In this document: piece by piece, positions 23,421 through 36,315 of the stretch
How positions within the stretch are numbered: the stretch's first letter is position 1
Layout of the letters: each line of letters begins with the position of its first letter
Assembly: GCA_030265395.1 (NCBI GenBank)
Contig: JARFYF010000046.1
Location: 14,870,082 to 14,934,081 of the forward strand
From: Rhina ancylostomus
Taxonomy: Eukaryota
Length of the DNA stretch: 64,000 nucleotides
Reading direction: 5' to 3'
Notes under the pieces: model-generated
Databases searched by the model: none
The model's input: only the letters and a program-made list of their open reading frames with translations
Told to the model about the DNA's origin: nothing
Made by a program: the position numbers and the translations under genes

Positions 23421-25965
23421 AACTCAACCCCAGCCACAATCCAGGAATTACCCCTGATTTCATGTGCCCTGATTTTATTTGATACCCTCTTCAGAGCAAC
23501 TTTTTCAGATGCTGAAAGGTTTCTATGCCACAGGCTTTTGAAGCCTTGGCTTTTTAGGTTTAAATACTAACATTGATTAGCAGGTAATGATTTAATACTT
23601 TTATAGATTCTTGCATTTATTGATTCAAAATTACATTCAATTGTTTTTTTCTCCAGAACTCAGTTCTGGCAAACCAAACTAATTGTGCTTTATAATAATG
23701 ATTTGATGTGAAGAGTGTTTGTGTATATTATTTATTTGTAATCGCAGCTGGAGCATGCATTAAGGTAAAGACTACAGAAGTCTTCAGTATCTATTTAATA
23801 TGATCATAATCACCTATCACTTTCAAGAAACAGTATTTATGAACTTCTAAATTAATAATAACATGGGCTACAAATTATTACAGTTAAAAGCTCCCTTACT
23901 TCAGACACTCATGCTCTGTTTACATTTTTAATGAAAAAAATTGAGCAAGAACAGCTCCAAAGTCCCATCAGGAAAGAAAGCCAACAAACAGTACGAAAGG
24001 TGATGCAAGATGCCTGTAATGTACTAACAAATGAAAGCTGCAACATGTTTAAATATCTGAAGTTTTGCTTATCTGACATACCATATACAAGAGTGCTGTC
24101 TTGTATATCAAATCTATACTGTATGTGTCATTCTCCATAGGCTATTATACACACTTTCATGTAGCAGCTTCATTCTACCATTCATCTGCAGATATAATTT
24201 CTCTACATAGATATGAATCTCACAGAACTTGAAACATCTAAGCATTGCCAAACCCCCAAACAGGTGAAGAATGGTTGACCTCAAACACTAACTCTCTTTG
24301 TTTTCCCACAAAAGCTGAATTAGTTTTTCCAGCAACTATTGTTTTTGTTCTTGGCTCATATGAACTCTTGGTGTCTTTGACTGGAGAGATAGCTAGGAAG
24401 GAAGACATTTCATCGAGGCTGCTTGGTCTGTTGAAAGTTGCTAATAACTAAACAGAGTGATTCCTATACTCCTCCACTGCAAGATAAGGAACGGGTGCTT
24501 CCTTGAAAATTATTTTCCAAAAGGCACATTAGTAAATAGCTGCTGCAGCCTAAATCTAAAGGCAGGAGGCATCTGAATGATAGAACACATTATATGACCT
24601 GTTTACTGAATGGAATACAGAAAATGCTGAGATGAAGCAAAGGCTTAAATATCTGGGAAGAGAGGATCAACATACTGAGCTTAAAACAACTTGCAACTTT
24701 AAATTATTTTATGAAGCGTAGTTTCCTGTGCAAAAAAAGGAGACAGTTTAAGGAACGTGAAGCAAGGAGTCTGGAGGAAAGGACCTCCCCCTTTTTAAAT
24801 AGTTCAATTTGAATGAGAGGTTTCTAAAAATACAGAAGGATGCCCCTTAAACTAAACATCTATTCTTAATTTTTTCTATTCTAAAATAACACCCAACCCT
24901 TCTTATTCAAGAGAAAACAATGTTGATATTCAGGTACAAATTGAAATAATCCCAATATTTATAAGATCAGTGCACAAAATACCTTTAGTTTTTGGAAAAG
25001 AGCCTCCTTACTTATACTGCCATTCTTAATGCCTTTTCATATTAAATAATTATTTCAAAAGGTAGTTCTGTTAAAATTAGTTTTATATATTCTTGCTCAT
25101 TTGGTATTGTGTATTGACAACACAAGATATCTTTCAAAAACTGGACAGAAAATCAGATAGCAAAACACATTTCCAACATGGCTATCAAACATTTCTGCTG
25201 CCTCTGTATTGGTTTTGAAGCAATTTGTCATCAACTTGCATGCACTGAGCTTCCCAAAGGACAAAGGAAGCAATTCATGCAAAAGATAATTACATTTAAA
25301 AATCAATTTTGCCTTACTTTGTGTGATGACTGCACATACACATTCAGATACAAAGGTGGATAAAGTGTTTTTTTATTTAATTCCAGTAAAGACATAGGTG
25401 AAGATTTATCCATGCATGAGACAGCAAGAGGACCTTAGTTATTCAGGCGGCAGTGGCTGCCATTTCTTTGGATCACAGACCCTTTCAATGTACCATTGGG
25501 TGTACAGACATGAGGTTAAAAATAATAAGCACCAGCACACTTATAATGGCAAAGGTGGTTAACAACCACAAGGCCCAAAGGGTGCAGATTTTATTTTGCT
25601 TTGAACAGCAAGAGGCATAATTTTGGCCAATAATACAATGGACAGGAGTGCACTTTTCCCCCATTGTCCTCAATACTAACATTTGGTTCCATTCCCTTAA
25701 CAACCTGAAGTGAGTATAACCTGCATGCATCTGCGTAGCACTAGCAATAAAAGGCTATTTGTTCAAGTAGATTATTAATTTTATTTTGGTAGATAAGACT
25801 CCATTGGTTGCTACAATTAAGTGTTCTGGTGCACAGAACTGTCATTGACTGAGTGCATATAGAATTGGAGACATCAGTAATGTTCTCAACATGCTTACCA
25901 TGGAAAGAACAAATAGTGAGAAGTGGTAATGCTCCTTACCTATTTCAGAGCCAGGAGGAGAGCCG

Positions 25966-26323
25966 TAGAATCATAGAATCAAAGAGATAGAGTACAGAAA
26001 CAGACCCTTCAGCCCACCAAGTCTGAACTAAGCATCTCGTACCCTTCTTTTAAGAACACCAGTCCAACCCTAACTCACGTTCCCATCAACTCCCCCCTAA
26101 ATTCTACCACTCATCAACATACTTGGGACGATTTATAGTTGTCAATTAACTAACATCCTGCATGTTTTTTGGGATGTCGAAGGAAACCGGAGCACCCAGA
26201 GGAAACCCATGCAGTTAGAGAGAATGTGCAAACTTCACTGAGACAGGACCCAAAGTCAGGATTGAGCCCAGATCACTGCAGACATGAGGTAGCAGCTCTT
26301 CTAGCTGCACCATTGTGCTGCCC
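25966..26323 (-). mobile_element. HE1-like V-SINE, near full length
   Basis: tagaatcatagaatc tail; ggatgtcgaaggaaaccggagcacccagaggaaacccatgcag V domain; gtcaggattgagccc (B box) and ctagctgcaccattgtgctgccc (A box) head. Confidence 0.85.
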
Positions 26324-28127
26324 CAGTGTGGGAAAGATTCAAATTCATTAATCTGAATTATCCTAAATCTAAACTTAAGGAAAAGACAAACAGCTCAGAG
26401 TTGTACCTTGTGCCCACTCCCTTAGCAGGTAATTGAGGCACCAGCAGGACTCTGGAAGGAAATGGTGAAAAATATTGTTTACTATGAGCTCGTATGAAGG
26501 AGTAAATGCTTTTCTTTGTTAGCTCAGAGCAAATGCCTCCAGTGAATACAAAATGTGTTCTGGGTATTTTAATGGTAGTGCTGGCAGGCATGCTTTAAAG
26601 ATCAATTCAAAATTCCAGCAATGCCAAATTACTAAGTCAATTTGCCACTTGGGTCCCTTGCGGTACAGTACTGTAATGGAGTTTGCCAAAGTTAAATTTC
26701 TAAACATGTGTAACATTGGTCAGCTTTGCAAAAAAGCAGGAAATATGATTGTTTACTCCCAAAGCAGGTATCAAAAAGAGATCCCAAGAGGGTCTCAAGT
26801 TACAGAGAGTTGCATGCTCCAGGCAATTGAGCAAATACTCAGAGAAATATTTGGAATGCGTTCCCTAATTTCAGGATATTTGTAGTCTGGGTTGGGAAGG
26901 AAGGACTTGTCTCTCAGTTTTGCAGGTGATGTGGAGAGGGAACAAAATGGGTAAGATTCATACGCAGTAATCTGAACTATCCCACAGTTAAGCCTAAGGA
27001 AGAGAGTAATTAGACTAAAGAATAAATAGCTGCCAAGTGACATCAATGTTTGAACCAAAATTCCGATTAATAACCCAATTTGAATCATCACTGGGAGCCA
27101 GGACCCTCCCATGGTCCACGAGCTGAACAAAAGGCAATATTTCTAGTTCAAGCAGTTGACAAGTTAATAGCATCATCCTGAAGACTATGAAACAAGCTGA
27201 AGCAAACATGAATACCAATACATTATTCAAATATAACAATGTGGCATCAACATGAAACTTCAAGAAAGGAATGCATTGTAAAAGGAATTGGGTGTTTTAT
27301 GGAAATTGCCATTATCTGGGTCTTGTGTTTCCAATGTATAATTTATGTAAAACTATGACAGAATTTTGGTGTCTCCTTAAACAAAATAGATATGCTGAGG
27401 GCATTTGAAACATTTGATGCTTTAATGTTTTTCTTCTGCATATTTCTTGTTTTTTTCAGTCATTATAGAGATGTTTACACAGTCAAGACACAGAAACATG
27501 ATAAATACTCAAACCACATATTTGATTCCTGAAAGTAGAAGACAAAGCATTTTGCTCAGAATAAAATTCCCCAGTACATTAATACATATTTATTAAACAG
27601 AAAGCTTAATCAAAAATGGATGGAAACTAAACTACGTATTGTTCTATTTACAAATCCTGACAACATGAACTTTCCCCATTCTCTGAATTAAGTTTTCTGA
27701 CTTATTTTGGCTTTCAAGTTGGACAAATGTGAGGTTTATCTTCCAATTATGATAGACTAATTGTGGTAACATAAGTTTGGCAGCCAGCTGGATGGATATT
27801 GCCGGCATAACATTCAGACCTCCATTCTTATCCCATTGGAATTGTTCTGAAACAATCCTTTTATTTCTCATATTTAGAGGCTGTTTGGCCCATAGAGTAA
27901 ATGATGGCTCTTGGAGCATATTCATAGGATCCATTCCCTACTTTGTTACTGTAAACTGTTTCCACTCACATGTTCTTTAGTGTGGATAACCATAATATTC
28001 ATAGAGAGAAACCTTAGCTATTGTGATGCGCTAATCAGGCTTTTGTCTCGTCCAGTACTTTTAAAAATGTCTACTGAATGAGCTTTAAGATTTATTGATC
28101 TCTCTCAAGCATGATAATTTATCCTAA

Positions 28128-30425
28128 AATGAAAACAGAAGATGTTGAAAACACTCAAATCAGGCAGCCTAGGTGGAAAAAGAAACAAAGTTTCGAGTCA
28201 GAGACCTTTTTGTCAGAAATGGGAAAGAGAGAAAACGAGTTAGTTTTCAGTGGAAGAGAAGGTTGGGAAGTGATGGGTAGAACAAAAGGTATATCTCTGA
28301 TAGGGTGAGATCAAGTGAATTAAAGTGCCAGTTGGACTCAGATTGTACTTTATCTGCATAACCTGTTGTTAATAGCAAGGCTCGTGGACATATCCAGCAG
28401 GTCTGACTATATTAATAAAATGAATAAAACCAAGTCAAAATCATTAATGGCAGAACTGGCCAGTTCTGGCAAAGAGAAAGAACGAGTTACCTAAAGTTGC
28501 CGAATTTGATATTGAGTCCAGCAAGCTGGAATTGCACAGACAGAAGATGTGGTGATATTCCACTGACCCTCATTGTAGTGGTAAAGAGGCTACAGCCAGA
28601 GGTCAGAGAGGGAGCACAATAAGGGATTAAAGTAACAGGCAACTAGTAGCTCAGGTCACTCTTGCAGACTGAACGCAAGCATTCTGCAAAGTGATCACCC
28701 AATTTGTATCTGGCTTCTCCAATGCAGAAGAGCTGACGTTGTGAACTGAATGCTGTACATTAGATTGGAAGAAGTGCGAGTGAACTGCGACTTTATCTAG
28801 AAAGGCTGTTTGAGTCTCTGGATGGTGGGATAGGAAAAGGTGAAACAACAGGTGTTGCATCTCCTGCAGTTGCATGAGGAAGTTCCATAAGTGAGGAATG
28901 GTTGGTTGGGATGAAAGAGTGGACCAGGAAGTTGCAACAAAGCAATCCCTTTGAAATGCTGAAAGGAGAGGTTGAGAGGAATATGTTTCTGGTGGTGGAA
29001 ACCCTGTTGGAACTGGCAGAAATTGCAAAGAATAATCTGTTGAATATAGAGGCTAGTATGGTAAAAGGTGAAGACTAGGGGAAATCTGTTCCTGCTCTAT
29101 CCAGGAAGAGAGGGGGTGAGGGCCTAAATGCAGGAAGTGGATGAAATGCACTCAAGGTCATTATCTACTCTGGTAGAGGAGAAGCCACAATTCAGGAAGA
29201 AGGAAGACATTTCAAAGGAACCTGTGCAGAATGTCTCATCATCAGAACAAATATGATGAATTCAGAAGAAATGGGAGAATGGAATGGAGTCCTTACAAAT
29301 GGCAGGCTTGGAGGAAGTTTAGTAAAAACCGCATGGCAGTCTGGGCTTGTAATGATGTCAGTGGCCTTTCTTCTGAGATGGAGAGATCTAGGAAGGGAAG
29401 GGAAGAGAAGAGTCAGAGATGGACTATGTGAAGGTGACAGAAGAGTGGAAATTGGCTGCAAAAGCGAAATTTTCAAATTCTGTCTGAGTGGAGAAAGCAG
29501 CACCAATCTGTTTATTGATGTACCAGAGAAAGAGTTGAGGGAGTGGGCTCAAGTGGGAATGAAACCAACTGTTCCTTGTCTCCCACAACATGACNNNNNN
29601 NNNNNNNNNNNNNNNNNNNNNNNNNNNNNNNNNNNNNNNNNNNNNNNNNNNNNNNNNNNNNNNNNNNNNNNNNNNNNNNNNNNNNNNNNNNNNNNNNNNN
29701 NNNNNNNNNNNNNNNNNNNNNNNNNNNNNNNNNNNNNNNNNNNNNNNNNNNNNNNNNNNNNNNNNNNNNNNNNNNNNNNNNNNNNNNNNNNNNNNNNNNN
29801 NNNNNNNNNNNNNNNNNNNNNNNNNNNCAGGAAATTGGAAACAGTCAAAGTGGCAGATGCCATCCAAAATCTCTTGCATGTATGTGGGAAAGGACAGAAT
29901 CAGGTAAGAAAGGATGGAGATGAGATAGAGAGAAAAAAGGTTTGGTGGAGTAAGAGCAGGCTGAAATGATTAGTTTGCCCAGTCAATCCTGGTTGTGGAT
30001 CTTGGGCAGAAGGTGGAGGTGGACTGTGTGGGGCAGTGGCACTACAAGGTTGGAGGGAAGATCTCCTGAGAGAATGGGGTCCATTAGTGCAAGTATGAGG
30101 AAGTGTCTGTGATCTGATTTTTGGCCTTTGCAAGGTAGAAGTCAGATCACCAGAACATAATGGCACCACCCTTGTCAGCAGGTTCAAATGATTATGCCAG
30201 CAGTGATTCTTGTGATCAGAGTGTTGCAAATTCAGAAGAGGGGAGATTAGAAATTTGGCTCAATTTCTCTCTTCCTATTTGTATAGTTTAGCTGTCTGGG
30301 CATGTCCCGCAGCCTTTGTTTTAGCAACACATTCCAGAGACAAGGAAGTATAATCTGAGTCTAACTGTCACATTAACTCATTTGATCTCACTCTCAGATA
30401 TTTCCATTTTTCTAACCATCCTTTT
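28128..30425 (-). mobile_element. Penelope-like element (RT remnant and GIY-YIG endonuclease), 5'-truncated with an inverted terminal repeat
   Basis: Minus strand shows frameshifted GIY-YIG remnants (FTRTSSNLMYSIQF; LLCIGEARYKLGDHFAECLRSVCKSDLS) ending FGNFR* at ~28487; RT-like remnants at 29.0-30.2 kb; 28270-28420 is inverted relative to 30270-30421; hammerhead-like CTGACAA...GAAAC at ~28190-28218. Confidence 0.85.
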
Positions 30426-31489
30426 TATATTTTAACTTTCCTAAGTATGCTGTTCTACAACATATATACAACTGATACAGCAATTAGAAACACAAATTCA
30501 TTCTCTTAATTGAGATGTTATGGATGCATCATACACTCTGTACCCTAAGATGCGTGTCAATGTAATAGAATATTTACCAGAATTCTACAGTAGCCAGAAT
30601 TTTTTAACTAATAGAGCAATTGCTTTGAATGCAGTCAGGATTATTCACACACTTTATTCCTATTGTATTTGTCTATCAGCCAAGACTTTGGAATAACACT
30701 TTTGATGAATGTTATCAGATATTTATTGTACAAATAAGTCTAGTCATGTAATGTGCAGGTGTGTTAAAGATCTTGTGCACAGGAAACACCATTATAGTCT
30801 TTCCCCAAAGATTTTTAATTTAAGTAAGTCCTAGCATATTTGCTTTTAATGGTGTTATAACTGGAAAGAAAATGTTTTTTAAAGTTTAACACAGTGGGAG
30901 TCCATTATATGTTTGTGGTCTTTAATAAGTTTGTTGTGGATTTATTGATTAAGAATACAGCACAACACAAAGATCCTGTTCATGCATAATATTGTGTATG
31001 TTAGGTTTTAAGGTGTTTTATTTTTAAACATTACAATATGCATGAATATGTGGGCATTGAACATAGTGTCAGGAAGGAAAGATGTTGAGCAAGAGTCTGA
31101 TATTTCATGTGGTTTTCTTCTTTTGCAGTCAAATTCTGAAAAACACACAACTTGCTTGCCAAGAACAGTTATGTTTGGATCAGAACTACACTTGGCTCTG
31201 AATTTCTAGACAGTACAGAAAAATTGCCAAGTTGCAGATTGTTGTACCACATACCCTAACATTAAATAGTGCAATCAAATAAAAATAGAGAACTGCTTAA
31301 AAAGAGACAAAGAGGACATGTTTAATTAGTAGGGATTGCAAGTGTAGATTTAGTATGTTTTGAAAAATAAAACAAAGGAACTTTGGAATTTATTCCAGCC
31401 TCACAACTGGGCATGTGCCAAAGCCAATCAGCTTGCAATTACACCATAGCATGCAAGGACAACTCTGGCTTGACACTCAGAAAAACAAA

Positions 31490-31600
31490 GCTGACAGATT
31501 CTGAAAATGCAGGAAAACACCCAACAAGTCATTGAGCACCTGTGAACAGGAGTGTGGGACTGATGTTTCAAGTCAGAGAATCCTCTCATTCTCTTCTACC
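31490..31600. mobile_element. Penelope-terminus fragment
   Basis: aaaatgcaggaaaacacccaacaagtcattgagcacctgtgaacagg...gatgtttcaagtcagag. Confidence 0.5.
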
Positions 31601-31704
31601 TCTATGCTCAACCATTCTACTTTTTTTGGGCTCAAATTATACATAAAATACAGTCCTTTATCAGTTCAGGGATTAACCTATTGCTGTTCCAAGCATGGCA
31701 TCAA

Positions 31705-31885
31705 CTCAAAATGCAATGCTTGAAATAGTCAACAAGTCAGACAGCATTTGTTAAGAGAAAAATACCTGAACTTTCACCAGCTCTAATGAATGGTCATTGA
31801 CCTGAATGTTAACTGAAGAAAGAACTAAGGTTGAACTGCTGAGTGTTTCCAGAAAATGTTTCCATTTCAGACTTCCAGCTTATAT
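31705..31885. mobile_element. Decayed fold-back Penelope-terminus element
   Basis: aatgcttgaaatagtcaacaagtcagacagcatttg...ctaatgaatggtcattgacctgaatgttaact...ctgctgagtgtttccagaaaatgtttccatttcagacttccagc. Confidence 0.6.
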
Positions 31886-32829
31886 ACAATTTTGCAGTAC
31901 AATTTTCTGCAATTATTTACAATATATGGCTTCAAAATACTTGCTTCTAAGTTGTTTTACTTCACTGCAATTAGTTAAGGTAGGTATTTCAAACCACACA
32001 CTAATAAAGCACATGGATTTCAGATTTCATTCAGTTACCTTAATCCATCCACATATCTTCTTGTAGTTGAGCTTTGGCTACTTCCTCTGCCAAACCAAAA
32101 CCTTCTGAAGTAAAAGCAGAAAGTGCTGGCAAGACTTTAGATTCAGAGAGCATCTATGAAGAGATAAGCAGATTTCTCATCTCAGGATAATGAGCTTTCT
32201 GCAGGGTATCCTGAAAACCTGCTAATTTGTGAATCTAAATGTAAACAAACTGAAAAGTGGATTCTTTCTAATGAGAAACTGATTCAGTTCAGGGACTATT
32301 CATCCCTTATAAAATTGCTGTCATCTATTTGACTAAAACAGGAAAATCAGGACATCTGCATATGGTTTTTATGTCATGCAAATGAAACAAAGGGAATGAT
32401 GTAACTGTATCATACCTTAATCAAATAGGTGAAACATTTGCCCCATTTAAAGGAAAAAACTTCCCCTAAAAGCATTAAATATGTACTTACTTTTACATTT
32501 ATAATTAATCATAAAGCTAAATTTTCTCACTATAATTCATTAGAATTCTCACAACCATTCATTTAATGTCACTGAGAACTATAAAAGCTTCTTTTACCTC
32601 TTCATATGTGTAGAAAAGCAGTATTATTGAGCTAGCCTTCCCTGAGAAATCAATTTGCCAGTGACACTGACCTAAATCCAAAAGATTGCAAAAATCAGAA
32701 GTTAACCACAGGTACAGAAGCTTAATTATAGCAAGAATCCATTTGACAACCATCAGCACTACAAGTGATTAAACTATTGGAACCAGAGAGAATTTGTGGA
32801 GGAATTAAAAAAATAGGACAAACTGTAAA

Positions 32830-33217
32830 TGTCACAATGTTGAGCAAAGAATAAGCTCACAGAGAACCCAAATGCAGCACACCGATAAAAGACTGGAGTC
32901 AGAATACTTCCTCAGGACAAACACAGGTAGTAACTGGAAGGAATCTTGCCTCAGAAGAGGAATCCCAACACAAACTAGATCTGCAGAAAGGAATAGAGAA
33001 CACAAGACTACTCTAGCATAGACAACTCTAAACAGCTAAGAACCTAAGATCAACCAATACACTGACAACAAGCTCTAGAGAAACTCAGGTACTTATGCTA
33101 GGCCCCTGATGGGGCTCAGGTGTGTATTGTTATGTAATCAGTCCAGCTTGGGATCCATGTGCTGGACAACAAGGCATTAATGGAGCCAATTGAGAGCCAG
33201 AACTCAGAACCATGACA
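32830..33217 (-). mobile_element. Solo LTR (Gypsy/Ty3-type), 388 bp
   Basis: Termini TGTCA...TGACA, flanked by a perfect 5-bp direct repeat GTAAA (32825-32829 and 33218-33222). Minus strand has GATTACA..CACACCTG and a TATA-like CATAAGTA followed by a CT-rich stretch, as in fish Gypsy LTRs. Confidence 0.8.
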
Positions 33218-33567
33218 GTAAATGCTTTAAAATCAAGGGAATAGATCAATTAAATGAGACCTAATGTGTTAATTTAAATGGAATGCTCAGAGCTACCAAA
33301 GTAAAGCTATACACAACCTTTTGAAGAGTTGTAATTTGCTGTATTTATTTCTACATTTGAATCAATTGCATGGAGCTACATTGGTAAATAAGTCTTTGAA
33401 AACTGCAGGAAAAGGGACCATTGCATTTATTCCACTTTTGACATTAAGTTAAATCTAATCTTACACCTCAATTCATTCTTCCTGGTGTGTACTAAAAATC
33501 TGAATCTTGGATGGTTTGCACTGCAATCAGAAGGTGATGTATCTGCATATCATGAAATTTTAATGTA

Positions 33568-35330
33568 AGAACATAAGAAATAGGAGCAGGGGTAGATCAT
33601 CTGATGCTTTGAGCTTGTTCTGCCATTCATCAAAATTGTAGCTGGTCTTCACCCTCAACATTATCCAGCATGATCACCATATCCCTCAATTCCTTCAATA
33701 TTCAGCTTTATAAAACTTTAGTTAGATCACATCTGGAGTATTGCATTCAGTTCCGGTCACCTCATTACAGGAAGGATGTCGAGGCTTTGGAGAGGGTGCA
33801 AAAGAAGTTTACTAAAATGCTGCCTGGAGTAGAGGGCATGCACTGTGAGGATAGTTTGGACAAACTTGGATTGTTCTCTTTGGAGTGGCAGAGGCTGAGG
33901 GGAGATCTAATAGAGGTTTATAGGATTATGAGAGGCACAGATATAGTAGACAGCCAGTATCTTATCCCCAGAGTTGAAATATCTAATACCAGAGGCCATG
34001 CATTTAAGGTGAGAGGGGGTAAGTTCAAAGGAGATGTGCGGTGTAAGTTACTTACACAGAGAGTGGTGGGTGCCTGGAATGCATTGCCTGGGGTAGTGGT
34101 GAAAGAAAATATGATAGGGGCATTCAAGAAGCTCTTAGATAGGCACATGAATGTGAGGGAAATGGTAGGATATGGACATTGTACAGGCAGAAGGGATTAG
34201 TTTAGCTGGGCATTTTATTACTAATGTAATTGGTTCAGCACAACATTGTGGGCTGAAGGGCCTGTTCCTATACTGTACTGTTCTATGTTCTCTGTTCTAT
34301 GTTCTATTCAGAATCTATCCATTCCTAGTTTGAATGAACTCAACGCATGAGCCTCCACAGCACCCAGAATAGAGAGTTCCAAAATACCACCACCTTCCTG
34401 AGGAAAGCAGCTTTTCCTTATTTCAGACCTCTTATTCTCAAACTGGGTCTGGACTCCTGTCAGGAAAAGCATCCTTTGTGCAGCAAGCCTGTCAAGCCTT
34501 TTAACAATGTTGTGAATTTCAATGAGATCCCCTTTCATTTTTCTAAACTCAAGAATACACAATCTCTCCTCACACAGCAAACTTGCCATCCCTGGAACCA
34601 GTTGAATAAATTTTTACCCCACACCCTCTATGGTAGCTTTATCCTTTCTCAGGTAAGGAGACAATACTCCAGGTTCAATATCACTGAGACCCAATATAAG
34701 TACATCAAGACTTTCTTACTACTGTAATCAACCCTCTTATAATAAAGGCAAAGATACCATTTATTCTTTTTACCACCTGCTACATCTGTAATGTTGGCCT
34801 TCAGTGACCTGTGTACAAGTGCTCCCAGGTCCCCTTTGAACATCTCTTATCAGTTAACAAATATTCAGCTTTTGTGCACTAAAGTGGATGACTTCAAATT
34901 TTTTCACATGATATTTCATCTACCATGTGCTCCCTCACTCATTCAACTTTTCCAAATTTCCCTGAAGCATCTTTGCATCCTCCTCTGTACTCACAATCCC
35001 ACTTGGTTTGGTATTGTCATCAAACTTGGGAACATGACATTTGGCCACCTCAGCCAAGTCATTGATTTAGATTGTGGCTGTGGATGAAGCACCATTCCCT
35101 GCACAACCTCAATATTCACAGCCGTCAACCTAGGAAAGATCCATTTATTCCCACTCCCTGTTTTCTATCCAACAACCAATTGACATTCCATGCCAGTACA
35201 TTAGTTCCAATTCCACGTGTTCTAATCTTGTTGACCAACCTCCCATGAGGGGATTTATCAAAAGCCTTTTGAAGATCCAAATATACAACATCCACTGATT
35301 CCCTCTTACCTATTCTACTAGTCAGAAAAT
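33568..35330 (-). mobile_element. Older CR1 LINE (3' half), interrupted by a younger CR1
   Basis: Tail agaacataagaaataggagcagg at 33568; minus-strand ORF fragments VDVVYLDLQKAFDKSPHGRL, DLGALVHRSLK, KVLMYLYWVSVILNLEYC, GDLIEIHNIVKRLDRL. Confidence 0.9.
33706..34304 (+). mobile_element. Young 5'-truncated CR1 LINE nested in an older CR1
   Basis: Uninterrupted ORF2 C-terminus LYKTLVRSHLEYCIQF...RLRGDLIEVYRIMRG...TRGHAFKV...RVVGAWNALP; (gttctat)n tail; direct repeat TATTCAG at 33699-33705 and 34305-34311. Confidence 0.92.
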
Positions 35331-35384
35331 TTGAGAAATTGTTCACCCTGAAGACCCCAGATGAATAGGGAGCACCCAATAACA

Positions 35385-35507
35385 ACACACAAAATGCTGG
35401 AGGAACTCAGCGGGTCAGGCTGCATCTACAGAGAGCAATGGACAGTCGGTGTTTCAGGTTGAGACCATTCATCTGGACAGTATCTGCATCTACAGTCTCT
35501 TGTACCC
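35385..35507 (-). mobile_element. Penelope terminal-repeat fragment with a near-intact hammerhead core
   Basis: cacacaaaatgctggaggaactcagcgggtcaggctgcatctacagag...gtcggtgtttcaggttgagaccattcatctgg; minus strand reads CAGATGAatggtctcaacctGAAACacc. Confidence 0.75.
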
Positions 35508-35929
35508 CCAGGGAGCTCCCTATAGATGATTTAAGGGAAGTTGTCTTCCACTGTCACTGGAAGTATATGGTTGGTCTGATCCAGGGTAGAAGTATTTAGG
35601 CAGTATGTTAGCTGGGATGCTTGGGGGAGGAGGCTGTATGGACAGAGCTTGTGGTGGGAAGACTGTTGGAAAAAGCACTTAACTTCTTCCCAAAGTTGCC
35701 CTCATGTTTCTTCAGCTGCCTAATTCTCAAGCCCAGGAAACCTAGACAGGAGGTTAAATCGGCATTGAATTATCTCATTGGTCAACCTACTTCCTCTCCA
35801 CCTTTCATCCCAACTCTGCTACACCACTTCATGTGTGGATTAGGACAAGTTTCAGACACTTTAGGCTTTAAAATATCACTCCACATCAAGATTCAGATTC
35901 AAACAGGAGCGTTTGATGTCTCCGGGCCT

Positions 35930-36315
35930 GGGAGTTCAGAAGGATGAGGCAGCCGACCTCATTGAAAACTACCAGAAACTTAAAGGCCTGGATAGAGTAG
36001 ACATGGAGAGGATGCTTCCATTGTAGGAGAGCCTTGGGTCTGAGGCACAGCCTCAGAATAAAGGGATGTCCCTTTAAAACTGAGATGAGGAGGAATTTCT
36101 TCAGCCAGAGTGTGATGAATCTGTGGAATTTGTTGCCACAGAGGGCCGTGGGTGTATTTAAGGCAGAGATTGATAGGTTCTTGATTGGTAAGGGGGTTAA
36201 GGGTTACAGGGAGAAGGTGGGAGAATGGGATCAAAAAGAAAAATCATCTCTGATTGAATGCTGGAGCAGACTCGATGGGCAAAATGGCCTAATTCTACTC
36301 CTATATCTTATGATT
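35930..36315 (+). mobile_element. CR1 LINE 3' fragment
   Basis: ORF 36034-36339 HSLRIKGCPFKTEMRRNFFSQSVMNLWNLLPQRAV..FKAEIDRFL; tail ggcctaattctactcctatatcttatg. Confidence 0.88.

Noticed and set aside
30942-30958. TTATTGATTAAGAATAC, similar to miR-137
   Set aside because: Mismatch in the seed, divergent 3' end, and no matching 5' arm of the conserved precursor
33670-34200. 176-aa intact ORF as a host gene
   Set aside because: It is the C-terminus of CR1 ORF2, and the ATG comes from flanking antisense CR1 sequence
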